From NCBI RefSeq assembly GCF_037042905.1, contig NC_087251.1, positions 18,850,001 to 18,914,000 of the forward strand: DNA of 64,000 bases, given 5' to 3'. Under the pieces are notes generated by a model that ran no database searches, was not told the DNA's origin, and saw only the letters and a list, made by a program, of their open reading frames with translations. Positions within the stretch are counted from its first letter, which is position 1. Every line of letters begins with the position of its first letter. The translations under genes and the position numbers were made by a program. The stretch is from Lytechinus pictus. Its lineage: Eukaryota. This document shows, one piece after another, positions 12,359 to 26,394 of this stretch.

Positions 12359-12980
12359 AACTAGAAATTTGAAGTGTCCAAAGGACACATGCCCCCCGCT
12401 TAACGCGATCAGAAATTCATTCAATATGATTAACTTAATATCGTGCAGAAACCAATATAATTAAGACCTTTGAACCAACTCGCATATCTAATGAGCTGTG
12501 ACCTTTGACCTGCAGACTCCCAATTTGAACTTAGCCAGTATTTGGGTGTCATCTACCTACACACCAAATTTTTTTTGAATCCTTTAAATATTTTTCAAGT
12601 CATTGCGCGGAAACCAACTCGCATATTTAATGAGCTGTGACCTTTGACCTGCGGACTCCAAATTCGAACCTAACCTGTATTTTGGTGTCATCTACCTAAT
12701 AATAATAATAATACCTACACACCAAAAAAAATTTTAATCCATTTTATATTTTTTGAGTTATTGCGCGGAAACCAACTCGCATATTTAATGAGCTTTGACC
12801 TGCGGACTCCTGATTTGAACTTAACCTGTATTTTAGTGTCTTCTACCTACACACCAATTTTTTTTTAAATCCATTAAATATTTTTGTAGTTATTGCGCGG
12901 TAACCAAGTGGGGGGACGGACAGACGGACAGGGGCAACGCTTAATGCCCCCTCCGGACTTCATCTGCGGGGGCATAAAAA
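12359..12980 (+). mobile_element. Helentron/HINE-like element, family B
   Basis: Starts AACTAG; 5' ATGCCCCC; three ~140-160 bp core repeats; (GGAC/AGAC)n microsatellite; 3' hairpin ATGCCCCC...GGGGGCAT followed by AAAAA. Confidence 0.75.
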
Positions 12981-13509
12981 CTATAATCTGTCTTGAAGTT
13001 GATTATTTTTTAGTATTAACTGTGTTGCACCACTGAAAACTGAAGAAATCTTCCCTGTACGATGATAAAACAAGACTTGCTAAAAAACAAATATCTTGGA
13101 ATATCGAGAAGTAGACAAGAGAGGTTAGAACCTCTTCGGATTTATCAGTCAAGGAATGGAAAGAATTACAAGTGGACAAATGGGAGGGGGGCGGACATCA
13201 GCATAAGGAGTTAAGCAAATTATCGTTGGTGACTGAAGATGGATATGAGATCTCATCACTTCTCAGGTCATCTCAATATCTTTATTATTTATTTGGCCAT
13301 AAAAACATACAAAAATTGTACAATGTAATTACATAAATACAATTTGAAATTGAATAATTAAATATAGATAAGGTAGAAATGAAAGAGAAGAAGAAAACAG
13401 TAAGAAAACGGTTTTTCCATGGGCCAGGGCTCGCAAAAGTAAAATTCAGTACTATTGCCCAGAGGCATGCGAGCCCTCATGGAAAAACCGTTGAGAGAAT
13501 ATTGCACAT

Positions 13510-16074
13510 GGGCAATTCCATGGAAAATGTTCACTTTAGAGAAAAAATGAAGTTTCAGATTTCACTTAAGCAGTTAAATTTTCTTAAAAAGTAATCTATA
13601 AAGTTTCAATTTCCAATAGAAAAATTGCAATATTGATAAAATTTTGTATTTTTTTCCATCATCAAAAAAATTGAATAGTAAATTGCAAAATCTAAAAATG
13701 TGGCTATTTTTAAACAATTCATCTTTTCTGTCTCTACTAAAAGCAAATAAGGTCCCAGAGGTCTCTTTTAACTTCTGAATAGTTGATTAATGTTTACATC
13801 AATAAAAAATCATCGTTAAATTTTATGCCATTCATCAATTTTAAAGAAATCGCTCTTCAGATTTGTGTGATTTCTTTATCATTTTCAGTGTCATGTCCGT
13901 TATGTTTTTCACTTAAAGTTTTCACAGCTTACAGGAAATTTGTCTGAAGGTACTGCAGATTCAGATTCTATGTTAGAATTAAACCCCCTACCATGTGTAG
14001 CAATCATTTTCCCTTACCACTTCTCATTTTCATAAAAATGGCGTAACGGACATGACAAATCGTGTAACGGACATGACACCTTATATACGACAAAAGGTAG
14101 CATTCACAAAAACAAAATATTAGGCTCAGTGTCACAGACTGAGGTCAGTCTCAATTGCTTGAGGATAGCTGGATGTAATAACTCCTAGAATCTGCATGTC
14201 ATTCAAGCTATTTTTCGAAGTTGGTGAATGATGAAAGTTCAGCTCTTGTTCTGGTATATTTTTCTGAGAATTAACAATATGCCACATAATATTAGGATAA
14301 GATGCAGCTAGATCTGGCAACATACTCAGATCACAATCTGCATCATTTGTGTTTGAACAATACGATTGATTATCTTAGGTGTTTGCACTGACAGTTTGGA
14401 GAATGATAAAATTCCAACTTGTGAATTCATGAGATCATTGATGATATTGCTTCAAAGTATCTGACTTTCACCAACCTCAACTTCTTCAGTGATGGCACGG
14501 GCTCACATTTAAAAACAAGTTTGTATTCAGATATCTGTGTTACATGATGTAGCTCTATGAATCCATGAATCTACAGTGGCACTTCTTTGCAATATCACAA
14601 AGCAAAGGGGCTGTGGAAGGAATGTGGCACTATCAATAAATTATGTCATCATAGTATTTTGGTCAGCCATAATCACGATTTGAATGATGTATCTTCATTT
14701 GTACACAAGCAGCACGGACAATGCAACATAATTAGATACAGCCACATTTGTCAGCAAGCAAGATAGTAAGATTTAGAACATCCAAGAATTGATGAAAGGA
14801 TGATTATACTCAGGATGATATTTATTTTGAATGAAAAAAAATCTCAGAAGCGATTTACAAACATTCCGATTACCTTTCAACTCATACATAATCGATAATG
14901 AAAGACTGGTTTCCAGGTACTGCTATTAAATTTTAAAATACTTTTTAATATCATTTTTTTATCTTAAAACTGACATTAATACTAGTTCATATTATTCTTT
15001 ATCATAAAATACATTTCATATGTTCATCTTGGATTTATACAGGTCTGGTACATTTTGTTTTCTTCTCACAAAAAATGAGATTTGGTCTTCTCAGTGTGCC
15101 GTAGGCCGTAGCGGTACTATTAAGCATTGTATTCTATATAAAATTATCATGTAGGCTTTAGCTATTAAATTAATAATACCTGCCAATAATATCTACATAT
15201 TTTTCTTTAGAATGTTAGTAAAGGTACTTTGCTGTTACATAATTACATTCATTCATTCATATTTCTTTCATTTTGAAACTAAGAAGTGCTGATGAAGTTC
15301 ACTTCGTAAGGGTGTCATGTCCGTTACGCTAAGTACATTGTCAAATAGTAAGCCATGACTAAAAGATAATCTTTACTATCAACTTTTTCTCTTTTAGTTT
15401 GGTGTGGCGGATGGTAGTAACTGGAAAATACTCATTAACTGTTGTTAATTGGTGAAAAATAAATTTTTCTAAATATTTGTTTGTTTTATAAATATTGTAC
15501 GAAAAGCCCCTCTCTCAAATTGCAAAATAATAGGAGATATTACAGATTACCAGTTATGATGTGTGTCTCTAACCTCTAGCCTTAACATGTAAACAATTAG
15601 ACTTGTACCATATCTTGTAATAAAATAATTATATTTGCTTACAAAAAGTGGACGAAACTGTCATGTCCGTTACGCTTCGTGTGTCATGTCCGTTACGCTA
15701 CATTTTGAGCTATGAATACAGAATGCACTGCAAAACTGTTGTTAAACACTATTTTATGGATAGAGCATGATCTTAAGGTTAAATTAACACCAACATCAGG
15801 TGCATGCAATCTAAGAATTCACAGGAATTTTGATAAGCAATAGGAGGTAAAAATGCTTTGTCCATTTCGTGTCATGTCCGTTACGCTCACAAAGAGTGCA
15901 ATTTCTCAGCAACTGTTCAACGAAACGATTTGAAATTTCATGTGTATGTAACTGATACTTAAATGTGTCTGATAAGCTCGGTAACAATTATCAAAAGACT
16001 GCTAATTCTACTGTATTTACCTTTGAATTACAAAAATTTGTCTGAACGTCATGTCCGTTACGCTGGAATTGACC
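13510..16074 (+). mobile_element. Decayed Sola2-type DNA transposon
   Basis: 11-bp TIRs GGGCAATTCCA / TGGAATTGACC, 4-bp TSD ACAT on both sides, and frameshifted transposase remnants FFSDGTGS..FKNKF and WHFFAISQSKGAVEG at ~14480-14630. Eight dispersed GTCATGTCCGTTAC-type repeats. Confidence 0.85.
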
Positions 16075-16493
16075 ACATTCAATTAAGAAAATGTGGCTCA
16101 GGAAACATAGCATAAATATTCTGAATGCCAAAGAAGTGACAGTACATGTATGCCACTAGGCTTTCATTGCCTGAAATTCAAACCTGTGATTATTTGTTGA
16201 TATTTTACATAAAAATTACTGTATTCAAACAAAATCACCTCCCCCCAAAAAAACACAAAAGGATGTTATGATAGACAGTGACAGTTGTAAGATAATTGGC
16301 ATAACACTGATCAAAAGTTTAAATCAAGCCATGGTCTAAAGTCTGTGTAAAAAATAATAGGAAGATGCAAATAAAAAAATGTTGAGATTCCATTTCTCCT
16401 TTTCTTTTCCCTGCCATAATGGAGAAAGTGAATTTACTGGGGAGGTTAAAGATTGAGCAACAAATTATTGTCAAATCTAACCTCTACTGTTAA

Positions 16494-17441
16494 AGGGGTA
16501 CTCCAGAGACAGAATAATAGGGTTTGAGCAGAAAAAGAAAAATCAGACAAACAAAATACTGATAATTTCATCAGAATCAGACAAGGAATAACATTAAGAC
16601 ATAATAAAGATTTGCATTATTTTGGTGAAAAAGTTCTATGCATGTCTTCATGAATATTCATTAAGCAAACTGATGTCATATCCCCACTTATTCTCTTGTA
16701 TACATTATTTTAAAATTTTGTTCTTCAAGATTTAGACAAATTGGATTGACAACTGATTCAATGTGTAAAATAATCATTGCTGCAACTTGTTTTAAGGGAG
16801 ACCATACTCGCTTGTATGAACATATGAAATAGATATGATTTCATGTAATAAAATAAGAAAAAGGAAAGTGAAGACATGACATAATCGGCCCACCTAATGA
16901 ATATTCATGACAACGTGTATATAACTGTTTTCACAAAAATATTGATATACGTTGAAATGCAGAAACTTTATCAGATTTTGATAAAATTGTCAGCATTTTC
17001 CTTGGTGAACTTTATTGTCATTTGTTGGGCTGATGTCATTCATTCATATTTCTTATGTTATTATATGAAATTATAATTGTTTCATTTTTTCATACATGTG
17101 TAAATGATGTCTCCATTATGATGAAATAAGTTGCAGCAATAAATAACTAATTATGCTTTTAATCAGTTGTCAATCCAATTGTTATAGTTCTTGATAGGAA
17201 AATTCTCATTAAATCTAATGTCATATCATAAAATACAAAACAACTGGGGATATGACATCATTGGCCGATTTAATGAATATTCATGAAGACAAGCATAGAA
17301 CTGTTTCACTGGAATAATGCAAATCTTGAAAATTCAATAACTTTGTTATTTGTTATCCAATTTTGATCAAATTTTCAGCATTTTGCTGTTAATTTTACTT
17401 TATTTATTGAAATATAAATATCTTCATCCTGGAGCATCCCT
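16494..17441. mobile_element. TTAA-flanked (Kolobok-like) MITE, family 2
   Basis: TTAA|AGGGGTACTCCAG...CTGGAGCATCCCT|TTAA; similar to 41218-41818. Confidence 0.7.
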
Positions 17442-19000
17442 TTAAAGAGTAAAGTAGTTACAGGCCACATGCAGGGCCACAGCCAAAGGTCATTTTGGAC
17501 CAACTTCAATAAAGATCGGCATTTTACACATTCTTCCAATATTTAAATAAAAACAAATGAAGCTTGTGTGAGATAGTTATGGATTTTATAATTATGAAAT
17601 TAATGTGTTTCCAAGTCAAGATCAAAGGTCATGAGAGGTCAGTGATATTCATGAAATAAACAAATCTTTCCTCTTATTTTGAAAATATATATATATTAAT
17701 AGGCAGATCATGGGGCATAGCAACTGCCCCCTGTACTCTATTGGCAGCACAAAAAATAGAAAGAAAAATAAGGGGAACTTAGAGAGAATTCAATTCAATT
17801 CAACTTGCCAATAAAAATTTATACTTTATAGAACTTTATAACCTGAATGCTTGTTAGCTTTGACTGACCTAACAATAAGTTATACTGCCTGGAGTCAAAT
17901 TTTTCTACTTCATACACTTATTTAGTAATGTGAGTGCTATTCAAATCGTATGCATAATTGCATACCTTATTTGTTGTTCTTGACCACTTGAAAATCTGCC
18001 ACAGGCTTTCGAGAGCAACACTTCTTTATATATTCCAAGTACTGTTCAATTCATTAGGTACAAGTAATAGAATTAGGTACCTTGCTTGCATTAATAATTT
18101 ATGGTGTAGATGCCAAGTCCAAGTTTTCCCAAAACTTATTTACTGAATGGTTAGCCAATCACATCAAGTTATTTTTCAACTATCTGCCCAAATAAATATT
18201 TCGCATTGGGTCAATTAAAGACACCGTTCTCATTACGAACCTAAAAACTATAAATTTACTGAAAACTGGTTCAGGAAATCAGATTGGAAGATCACTTTGC
18301 TAGCATTCCCATTTGATTACTCTAAAGTGGTTTTCAAAACCACTCCACAGAAAGTGATCTTGTTGCTATGGGTATGCTCTCAGCTTTGCGCAAAATTTGA
18401 TACCGCAGCGTAGGCATTATTCACAAGCCACGGTGCGAAGATCGCTTCCCGAAGAATGGTTGTGTCCTCAGGCTAAAACCAGTTTAACAAGGCAAAGCGA
18501 TCTTGAAAACTACATCGCGAGGTGGTTTTCTGAACCTATTTGAAAGATCGCTTCCTAGACTGCTTCGACCATTCTCATTACACGTTAAACTACTTTCCAG
18601 TAGTTTTAGGATGGTATTGGTAGTGAAATTGGGGTCTAAATTGCATTTAATCAGAAGAATGATGCCTGCAGAAATATGTGCAAATGCTTTAGTTTGAAAA
18701 GGCTAATACTCTATGCATTGCACTTGAAATCATTGATATCTGTCTGTAAGATACAAACCTTGAAGGATGGGGACAGTACACCCCCATCCCTTCCTCTAAT
18801 TTGCTTTGCTCCCTCGCTCATGGGCATCATAAAAATTGAAATGCTCCCCCTATAACCTTGTACGTAGGATGAGTGATCTAGCCCGAACACTGAAATTCTC
18901 TTCAAAAGTTACAGGCCACCATCAATATTTTTGTACTGAATACAGTGCCTCAATAAAAAGGTTCTACAAAATGCTGCAGGAGACTAAATTCGAAATGTAA

Positions 19001-19835
19001 TTAAGAGATCACAAACAGATAAAAATAAATGATGTAACTTTTAACGTTAAACTTAACACTTCCTGGAACAGGGCTTTCGTAGTCATATTTTATTGGCTCA
19101 TTTTTCCAGCATCTATCCAGGGCAGCTTCAAAACTGTGCACACTTGGGGCAGTATCAACTTCATTATTTTGGCTATTCCATGTTTTACGTATTCTAACAT
19201 AAAAAGAATTCCTATATTTCTGGGTCTTTGTCCTTGTTATGAACAATTTTTTACTGTGACCTCTGGTATGTTCACTATATTTTTCTTCTAGATTAAGTTT
19301 TGTACATTGATCATAATTATTATTAAAGTGTTTATATGTTTCAATCATATCACCCCTAACTCTTCGATACGCCAGAGTTGGGATTTTTAACTGTTTAAGT
19401 CGTTGTGGATAGGAAAGCTTCCTTAATTCAGGGATTAATTTTGTTGCACTTCTTTACTTTGTACTTTCTATAATGTATATGTTTCTTCAGTACAGGGTTC
19501 CACACAGCATGGGCATACTCAACTTGCGTTCAGACAAGCGACTTATACAACAATGCAAAGTTATTTTTGTCTAGATAAACAAAAGTTTGTCTGATCAAGC
19601 CCATAAGCCTGTTGGCCTTGTTTATCTTCGATTGCATGTGCTCTTCAAAGCTGATTTTATCATCAATTACAACACCCAAGTCCCTTTCGGAGGTGACATG
19701 TTCAAGCGTATCATTCATTAAAGTGAATGCAAAAGCTTCCTGCCGGTCCTGCGTGTTACCAATAGAAAGTACACTACATTTCTTGGGGTTGAATTTCAGC
19801 AGCCATTTTTCTGACCAGCATTTCAGATGGTCATG
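19001..19835 (-). mobile_element. CR1-clade LINE, degraded RT C-terminal fragment
   Basis: WSEKWLLKFNPKKC, ERDLGVVID, LLYKSLV, RRVRGDMIETYK and TRGHSKKL motifs, with stops and frameshifts. Confidence 0.9.
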
Positions 19836-20689
19836 ATTGTAGCAGCTCATGTTAGCTGTGGTCTGTTTGTTAAATAATATTGCAGTTTAGATAGACTTTT
19901 AAATAAGGCTCATTTTGGTTTTAATTCCGTTAGCGTAACCACCTAGTTCTTTTGACCTTTTAATATTTTCCTTCAGACAAACAATAAAATTCTCCCACGC
20001 TCTGTACGTGACCTTTTTAGGTCCACGTGAGTTTTGGTTGTTTCTCGCCACGTTCGTGCCTTTTTTTGGATGCGCGCATTCCTTTCTTCTGACATTTCCT
20101 TGACTGGCGGTGGTTGCGGTAGCGATGTACGTTCCTGGTGTGCTAAGTCAACTTTTGGAGGTAATTTTATGCTTGTAATTCGTAGTTATCCATTTGTTTC
20201 TTTAAGAGATTGTATTAGATAGAGAGATTTTTAAATTATTGTCCTTAATCTTATTCTAGATTTCTGGCTAGCAATCAGTCTTTTTATATGGATAGATTTT
20301 TGATAACTAGCAAACACAATTTAGTCCTTCTCGGACATTTTTCCTTTCTGCATTGTTTAGCTATGATTGGTTGGATTTTTGAGCTTTCTGATTGGTGCGT
20401 TTTACACCAATCTGATTGGACATCTTGTTTGGTAGAAAATTTGGCTGATTGTTGGGAATGATCCCCAGAAGTTCGAGAATTAGCGTTTGGTCAACAAGGG
20501 CTCTGCTCTTAGCTCAGTTCATTAATTTTTCTTCGTCTTGGTAGCTTAGCAATGCACTGATCTCGCTTTGCCTTTTGAGAACAATAATCATCAAACTTCA
20601 TTTCATTGATTTATTTCGCCAACCGCTTTAGATCTACTTTGAACTAGTTTCATATTCAGTGGTTGACTTGAACTTCGACTGCTTTTAGT

Positions 20690-21235
20690 AATTGTCTTCT
20701 CATCATCGAACATTATCTTATTCGTCAACCTCATCATCGACCTTTAGAGATCAACGACATCGAACATTATCTTATTCGTCAACCTCATCATCGAATTTTA
20801 GTCGATCACGACATCGAACATTGTCATTATCATATTCGTCAACCTCATCATCGAACTTTAGTCGATCAATGACATCGAAGTCGAACATTGTCATTATCTT
20901 ATTCGTCAACCTCATCATCGAACGTTAGAGTTCAACGACATCGAACATTATCTTATTCGTCAACCTCATCATCGAACTTTAGAGATCAACGACATCGAAC
21001 ATTATCTTATTCGTCAACCTCATCATTGAATTTTAGTCGATCACGCCATCGAACATTGTCATTATCTTATTCATAAACCTCATCATCGAACTTTAGTCAA
21101 TCAACGACATCGAAGTCGAACATTGTCATTATCTTATTCGTCAACCTCATCATCAAACTTTAGTCGATCAATGACATCGAAGTCGAACATTGTCATTATC
21201 TTATTCGTCAACCTCGATCATCGAACCCAACATCG
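20690..21235. repeat. CpG-rich tandem repeat with ~57-70 bp variable units (TCTTATTCGTCAACCTCATCATCGAA core)
   Basis: About 9 direct copies visible. Confidence 0.9.
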
Positions 21236-21919
21236 AATCCTCAAGTTTTTCTTCATCTGTTTTCACACCGGACTTTCGTCTTTCTCAATTCGCTCGCCAC
21301 GACCAATTCGCCTTAGTTTCGGACATTTAACTTTTGGATCAAACAATCGGATTTTTAATACCTGGATATTTGATATTTTCGACATTGATTTCTCGGATTA
21401 TTATTTTTCCTTTGCACAACTTATGTAAGTAATTCTAAATAGCGGCGGTCTTTCGCTATAGATATAGACCACTTTATTATTGCTTTTGTAATTTCTTGAT
21501 TGTAAAAATACCAATTTACAAGCTCAGTCTAGATCTAGATCTGGATTAGATCTAGAAACTACTTCGATCACAATTTGATGTGTTTAATCTCCTTGGAATT
21601 ATTAATAAAAATAACGAGATCCTGAGAAGAGGACTTTATACTTTGTAGTTCATTTTTGTTTTATTTCGTTTTGGCTATTTTTCTATCCATATTTTTATAG
21701 ACATCCCATACAACTTATTTATTTTTGGTAAACTATCATGCCCTGACCCCCTCTGCCCTCTTGGGCTCTCGTTAAATGATCTCTCTGAAGTTTCTGATCT
21801 CTTCTTAGTCTTAGACCAAAAGCTTCAGTCTCTGTATTTTTGCGTTGGCTCCACTCACCAATGGGGATTATAGTAAAATGTCAGAAATTGTTAAATAAAT
21901 CCCCAGAAACGACGGTTAT

Positions 21920-22022
21920 TCCTGTCTAATCTCTTATATACTTGAACAGCTTGGTATCATCAGCAAAAGAAAAAGACAAACATTACTTCTACATCTGGAA
22001 CTGGGACTGGGAGATCATTGAT
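21920..22022 (-). mobile_element. Upstream piece of the same CR1 RT (INDLP...FADDTKLFK)
   Basis: Catalytic FADDTK motif on the minus strand, collinear with 19001-19835. Confidence 0.7.
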
Positions 22023-22211
22023 ACCCAGGTGAGAATGAGATGAATGGGTACCCGGTAGGAAGAAATTCCTTCAATGCTTTGAGCGCCTAGGTAGCCCAGC
22101 TAAAGCCGGGGTAATAATAATAGCAGGGCCCGCTGGGAGAACAGTTTTCGGAACTGAAGCGGCTTCCCTGGGTAAATATACCTGTATTATTATTATTATT
22201 ATATTATTATT
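22023..22211 (+). mobile_element. 5'-truncated SINE with (TAT)n tail
   Basis: CCCAGGTG..AATGGGTACC body similar to the SINE at 1910; simple-repeat tail. Confidence 0.65.
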
Positions 22212-22252
22212 GATATAGGCCCTATAACAAAAATTAATAGATTGATACTTAC

Positions 22253-22430
22253 CGCACCGTACCGTACCTCAAAGTAACCTGCTTTTTCTTGAAACTTTAC
22301 ATTTGAGTCAGATTATCTGTAATTTTACTAAAACTACAGCAAAAAAAGAATTCCTCTTTCGGGTCCCAACCGTAAACACACCGACCAGCAACGAACTCTT
22401 TCTACGCTGCGACAGACCGTCCGTATAGCT
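22253..22430 (-). other. Probable non-coding first exon of SelL
   Basis: Consensus donor CG|GTaagt at 22252 (alternative GAG|GTac at 22267), at the edge of a CpG-rich patch; 5' boundary approximate. Confidence 0.5.
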
Positions 22431-22680
22431 GACTCGGCGCGGCCCGACGCGACCCGATCGATGAGCACCGTTGTCCCGATAGAGCATGCGATGGTCGCTG
22501 AACCTGAACGGACAATGCTGAGATCACATGACAATCAGACACGCCCACTGTGCATGTGCCAGACTACCGGTACCGTACCGGTATGTACAACCATGGACAT
22601 GTGTAGTAGGTCCATGGTACAACAACTTGTAAAACTGAAATCCACCACCCTAAGTTGCGCTTTAGCAGGGATCATATACC
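22380..22680. promoter_or_regulatory. CpG-rich putative SelL promoter
   Basis: Local CpG enrichment, KLF/Sp-like CACGCCC and NRF1-like TGCATGTGC near 22540-22560, directly upstream of the putative exon 1. Confidence 0.4.
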
Positions 22681-23300
22681 ATTTGGGGTCCCAATTTTTC
22701 AAACCCAAAATAACAAATATGATACACAACCTCTCCGTTTAAAACTGTGATTATAAAACAATAAATAACCCAAAGGAATCTCGCAGAAAGTAGAAAACAA
22801 TTAATGTCCTCATGGCCCTGCATGATATGGGAAGCGGTGGTGCCGCGAGGAAGCACCCCTCACCCTGTTTCTGGGGTGGATAGGCTATATATAGTGCACC
22901 CCCTAATTAGGTTTGTATGCTATAATGTAGAAATTATACCCAAATCTCCTTCATTTGGGAACCCCCCCCCCTTCTGTTTGGGGCTTATCTTTTTTTCTTC
23001 TTTTTTACATTTTGGATTGTCAACTTTGTTACCGTTTTTTTACCCGGCTTTTTTATCGCTTGTCAAATTACTTCACTAAAATCACGTTTAGCCTATTATT
23101 TTGGCAAGGCCAAAACCTTTTTCAGGTCCGAAACTGCCATATTGTACCCCTTATTGGCTTAATACGTATGGACCGGTCACTCGTAGTGGCGAATCCGGGC
23201 CAGCGAATGGTGTTGAAAAGCAACCTTTTCAAAACGGAGGGTTTAAAGACTCCGTTGGCACAAGACAATTGGCCTGCAAAGCATGCACCCTTCAAGTTTC

Positions 23301-25548
23301 CATGGGCGGAAATCCCAGGGGGAACAGGGGGGGACGTGTCCCCCCTACCAAAAATAGTAGGGGGGACACAATATCAAATGCCCCCCTACTATTTTTGGTC
23401 TTTTATGATGGAGAAAAATGCATCATTCACATTCGAAATAATAGATGTATTTTGGACTAAATGACCTTACATTTTGGGTGAAAACATTTTTTTTTATTGG
23501 GGGGGGGGGCTTGTCAAATTGTCCAGAGTGACTAAAATAAGATGAGGGGAAGACTTGGAAAATAAAAAGAATCTTTCATGTCACTATATATGAAATTTTC
23601 GCTCGCGCTTCGCGCTCGCATTGCCTGTTAGGTGATTTTTCAATATGGAGCTTAAATATCAAGTTTGGAAGTCAATATACATTACACATTTCACCTCGGA
23701 AATCAAACTTTCATTATTTTGTGTGATTTACAAACTGATTTTTAAAAATTGCTCTGTAAAAGTGACAGCTTTATGGTCTGAATATTGACATTTTCTGCTC
23801 GCACTGAACGCTCGCAAATTTTGATTTATTAAGTAGGCTATACCTATTATTTTTGTGTATTCCATTTAGTTTGAAAAAAAAATCAAGTCTGATTGTCAAT
23901 ACGTATCAGATAGCGCTGGCTATTCGCTCTCATTTTAATTGGCGATTTATGTATGTCTCAATATTGATTTTCATGACAGTTTATCAAAGATTTTGGCTCG
24001 CGATTTGCGCTCGCATCAATGGTTATAAAATATTTTGACTGATGCATTCTATTCATAAATACAAAATTGCTTGAAATGTCCAGTTTTCAGGCCATATGAT
24101 ATCAGATTTCTCGCCCTCATTAGGCATTAATAAATAAGATATTAATAATTTAATGATTAAATTGTCCCTTTTGTTTCATCTCGCGCTTTAATAGCAAGAG
24201 GAATAGGAAGATAGTCATCATTTTCATATGACATGTCCCAAGGATGTCCCGGTCCTATGCCAAAACTCAAATAACAATGAAAAATATCGGCTTTTTTTAA
24301 GTGCGATCCATATCCACCTCACAATTTTTCTTGAAATATATAGCTGAAATGGACTCTTTTTCAGATTTTTCATGATAAAAGAGGTGTAGAATGCCTAGAT
24401 TCTAGGTCTAAATCTGAAACACGCGCATGTTTATTCAGATATTCAACTTGTTCTCTATTTAAATCATTATCCAGTTTCAGATCACAATATCAAAAATTTT
24501 CTGCTCGCGCTTTATGCTCGCATTATTAATGTAAAAAGATCCCCTATATACTCATCCTTTTCATGATTTACAAAACATGAATAGAGAGTGTCCCGTTTTT
24601 AGGTCTATATGTGGAATTTTTCTGCTCGCGCTTCGCTTGCCTCAATTGGTTAGTTATATAGCTACCCTGTTCACGATTACGAAAATTGACTAAAATGTTC
24701 GATTCTTTTTGTAGAAATGTCAACAATTTTCAGCTCGCGATTCGCGCTAGCATTATTTGATTGTTGAAATATGTAACGTCTTCATGGCTAAGTGCAATCA
24801 GTTCTTAACAAGTACCTTTTCGATCAGTTCAAATAAAAAAAAACATTTTATGGCTGCACTTTTTACTCGCATTATTAATGTAAGGACCGGGTTAAGGAAG
24901 GCCCCCAATTATTCATCCTTTTCATGATAGAACATGAATAGAGTGTCTCGTTCTTAGGTCTAAATCTCAAAATTTTCCGCTCGCGCTCCGCATCAATAAC
25001 TTGTTTATAGTTATATACATATTTACACAAAGTGCTTAGAATTTCCATTCTTTAGGTAAAAATTTCAGCTCGCGCTTCGCGCTCGCATTATTTGATTGTT
25101 GAAATATGTAACGTCTTCATGGCTAACTGCAAGCAGTCTTTAACAGGTACCTTTTCCATTAGTTCATTTCTGCTCGCACTTCGCGTTCTTAGTAATTATT
25201 TAGTTGCATACACATCTTTTTCAGGATAATAAACATTGCCCAGAATGTTCAAATTTTAGGAAAAAATACATAAAATTTCCCCCCAAAGAAAAAAAATTGC
25301 TCGCGCTTCGCGCTCGCATTATATACATAAGGATTATGATATTAAATATTTATGTTGATTTATAAGAATAAAGCTAAGAAGTGACCATGAAGACTACCCC
25401 TTCAATGAAACAAACAAAAATCATGATCATGTTCGAGCGGCCGATCGGGGATTAACATATGGCTGAACCCCCCCCCCCCCCCTTATTGGCGAAGGCTGGA
25501 TCCGCCCCTGTGGTCCCCCCTACCTTTCGGGACAGATTTCCGCCCATG
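23301..25548. mobile_element. hAT-type non-autonomous element with repeated GCTCGCGCTTCGCGCTCGC motifs
   Basis: 14-bp TIR CATGGGCGGAAATC; 8-bp TSD CAAGTTTC at 23293-23300 and 25549-25556. Confidence 0.85.
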
Positions 25549-26184
25549 CAAGTTTCGAAGCTATATATAGTTTATCTGGATGCAGAATAGACCCACCCCG
25601 GATTCATGGTGCCAAAACTGATCTAGATTGTTTAAGAGGAACGTGTGAAATGACGAAATTGGACAAATATTGTTTTAACTAACACTCATAAAATTAGGCA
25701 TCGTTTTCAAATTATACAACATAATGACAACCAGTGAAGACGTTTGGGAACCCACCCCTTCCCCTTTAAAAAATAATCTTAAAGTGGAACCGTTATTATG
25801 ATTGATGTTTTGCAATTTATCATAAAAATATAGTTCCTCCTTTTGATACATTTGAGCCAGTTTGTAATTTAGTCGGGGATAATTCAATTTCCTTCCCGTT
25901 TTACAATAGAGGACCTGCATTTTTAAAAAGAAGAATCTACATGTTACAACTGTATAGGCGTTAAGGTGCCGTTGAATCAGAGGGGAGGGGGTGTTTTTCC
26001 AATAAATGAAGTAACTATACCTGAATGTGATTTCCTACATGGTCACCCCCTTCCCACATTCAAAACTGTCCCATGCCCCCCCCCCCATGAAGATGAAAAA
26101 TTATTCTATATTTTTATAGGTGATTGTAAATAAAATCAGTCGGAGAACAGAGCTGAGGAATGATCTATAAAACAATGGCTACGA

Positions 26185-26370
26185 CGAGATGATGGTGATG
26201 ATGATGATGATGATAATGATGATATAATGTTAATGATGGTGGTGATGACAAGGGGATGATGATGATAATGAAGATGGGGATGATGATGGTGATGATGATG
26301 ATGATGACTTATATGAATAATGATGGTGAAAATATAAATGAATATATGATAAATGATAAATGATAAATCC
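26185..26370. repeat. Degenerate (GAT)n microsatellite
   Basis: Direct observation. Confidence 0.85.
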
Positions 26371-26394
26371 ATAATTTATTGTTCGAAATAGACA

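Noticed and set aside
20690..21235. CRISPR-like or protein-coding repeat (Ser-rich ORFs)
   Set aside because: Inter-repeat segments are variants of each other and frames contain recurrent stops.
22955..23464. 169-aa and 119-aa plus-strand ORFs
   Set aside because: They run across a hAT element boundary, have non-ATG starts and show no recognisable homology.
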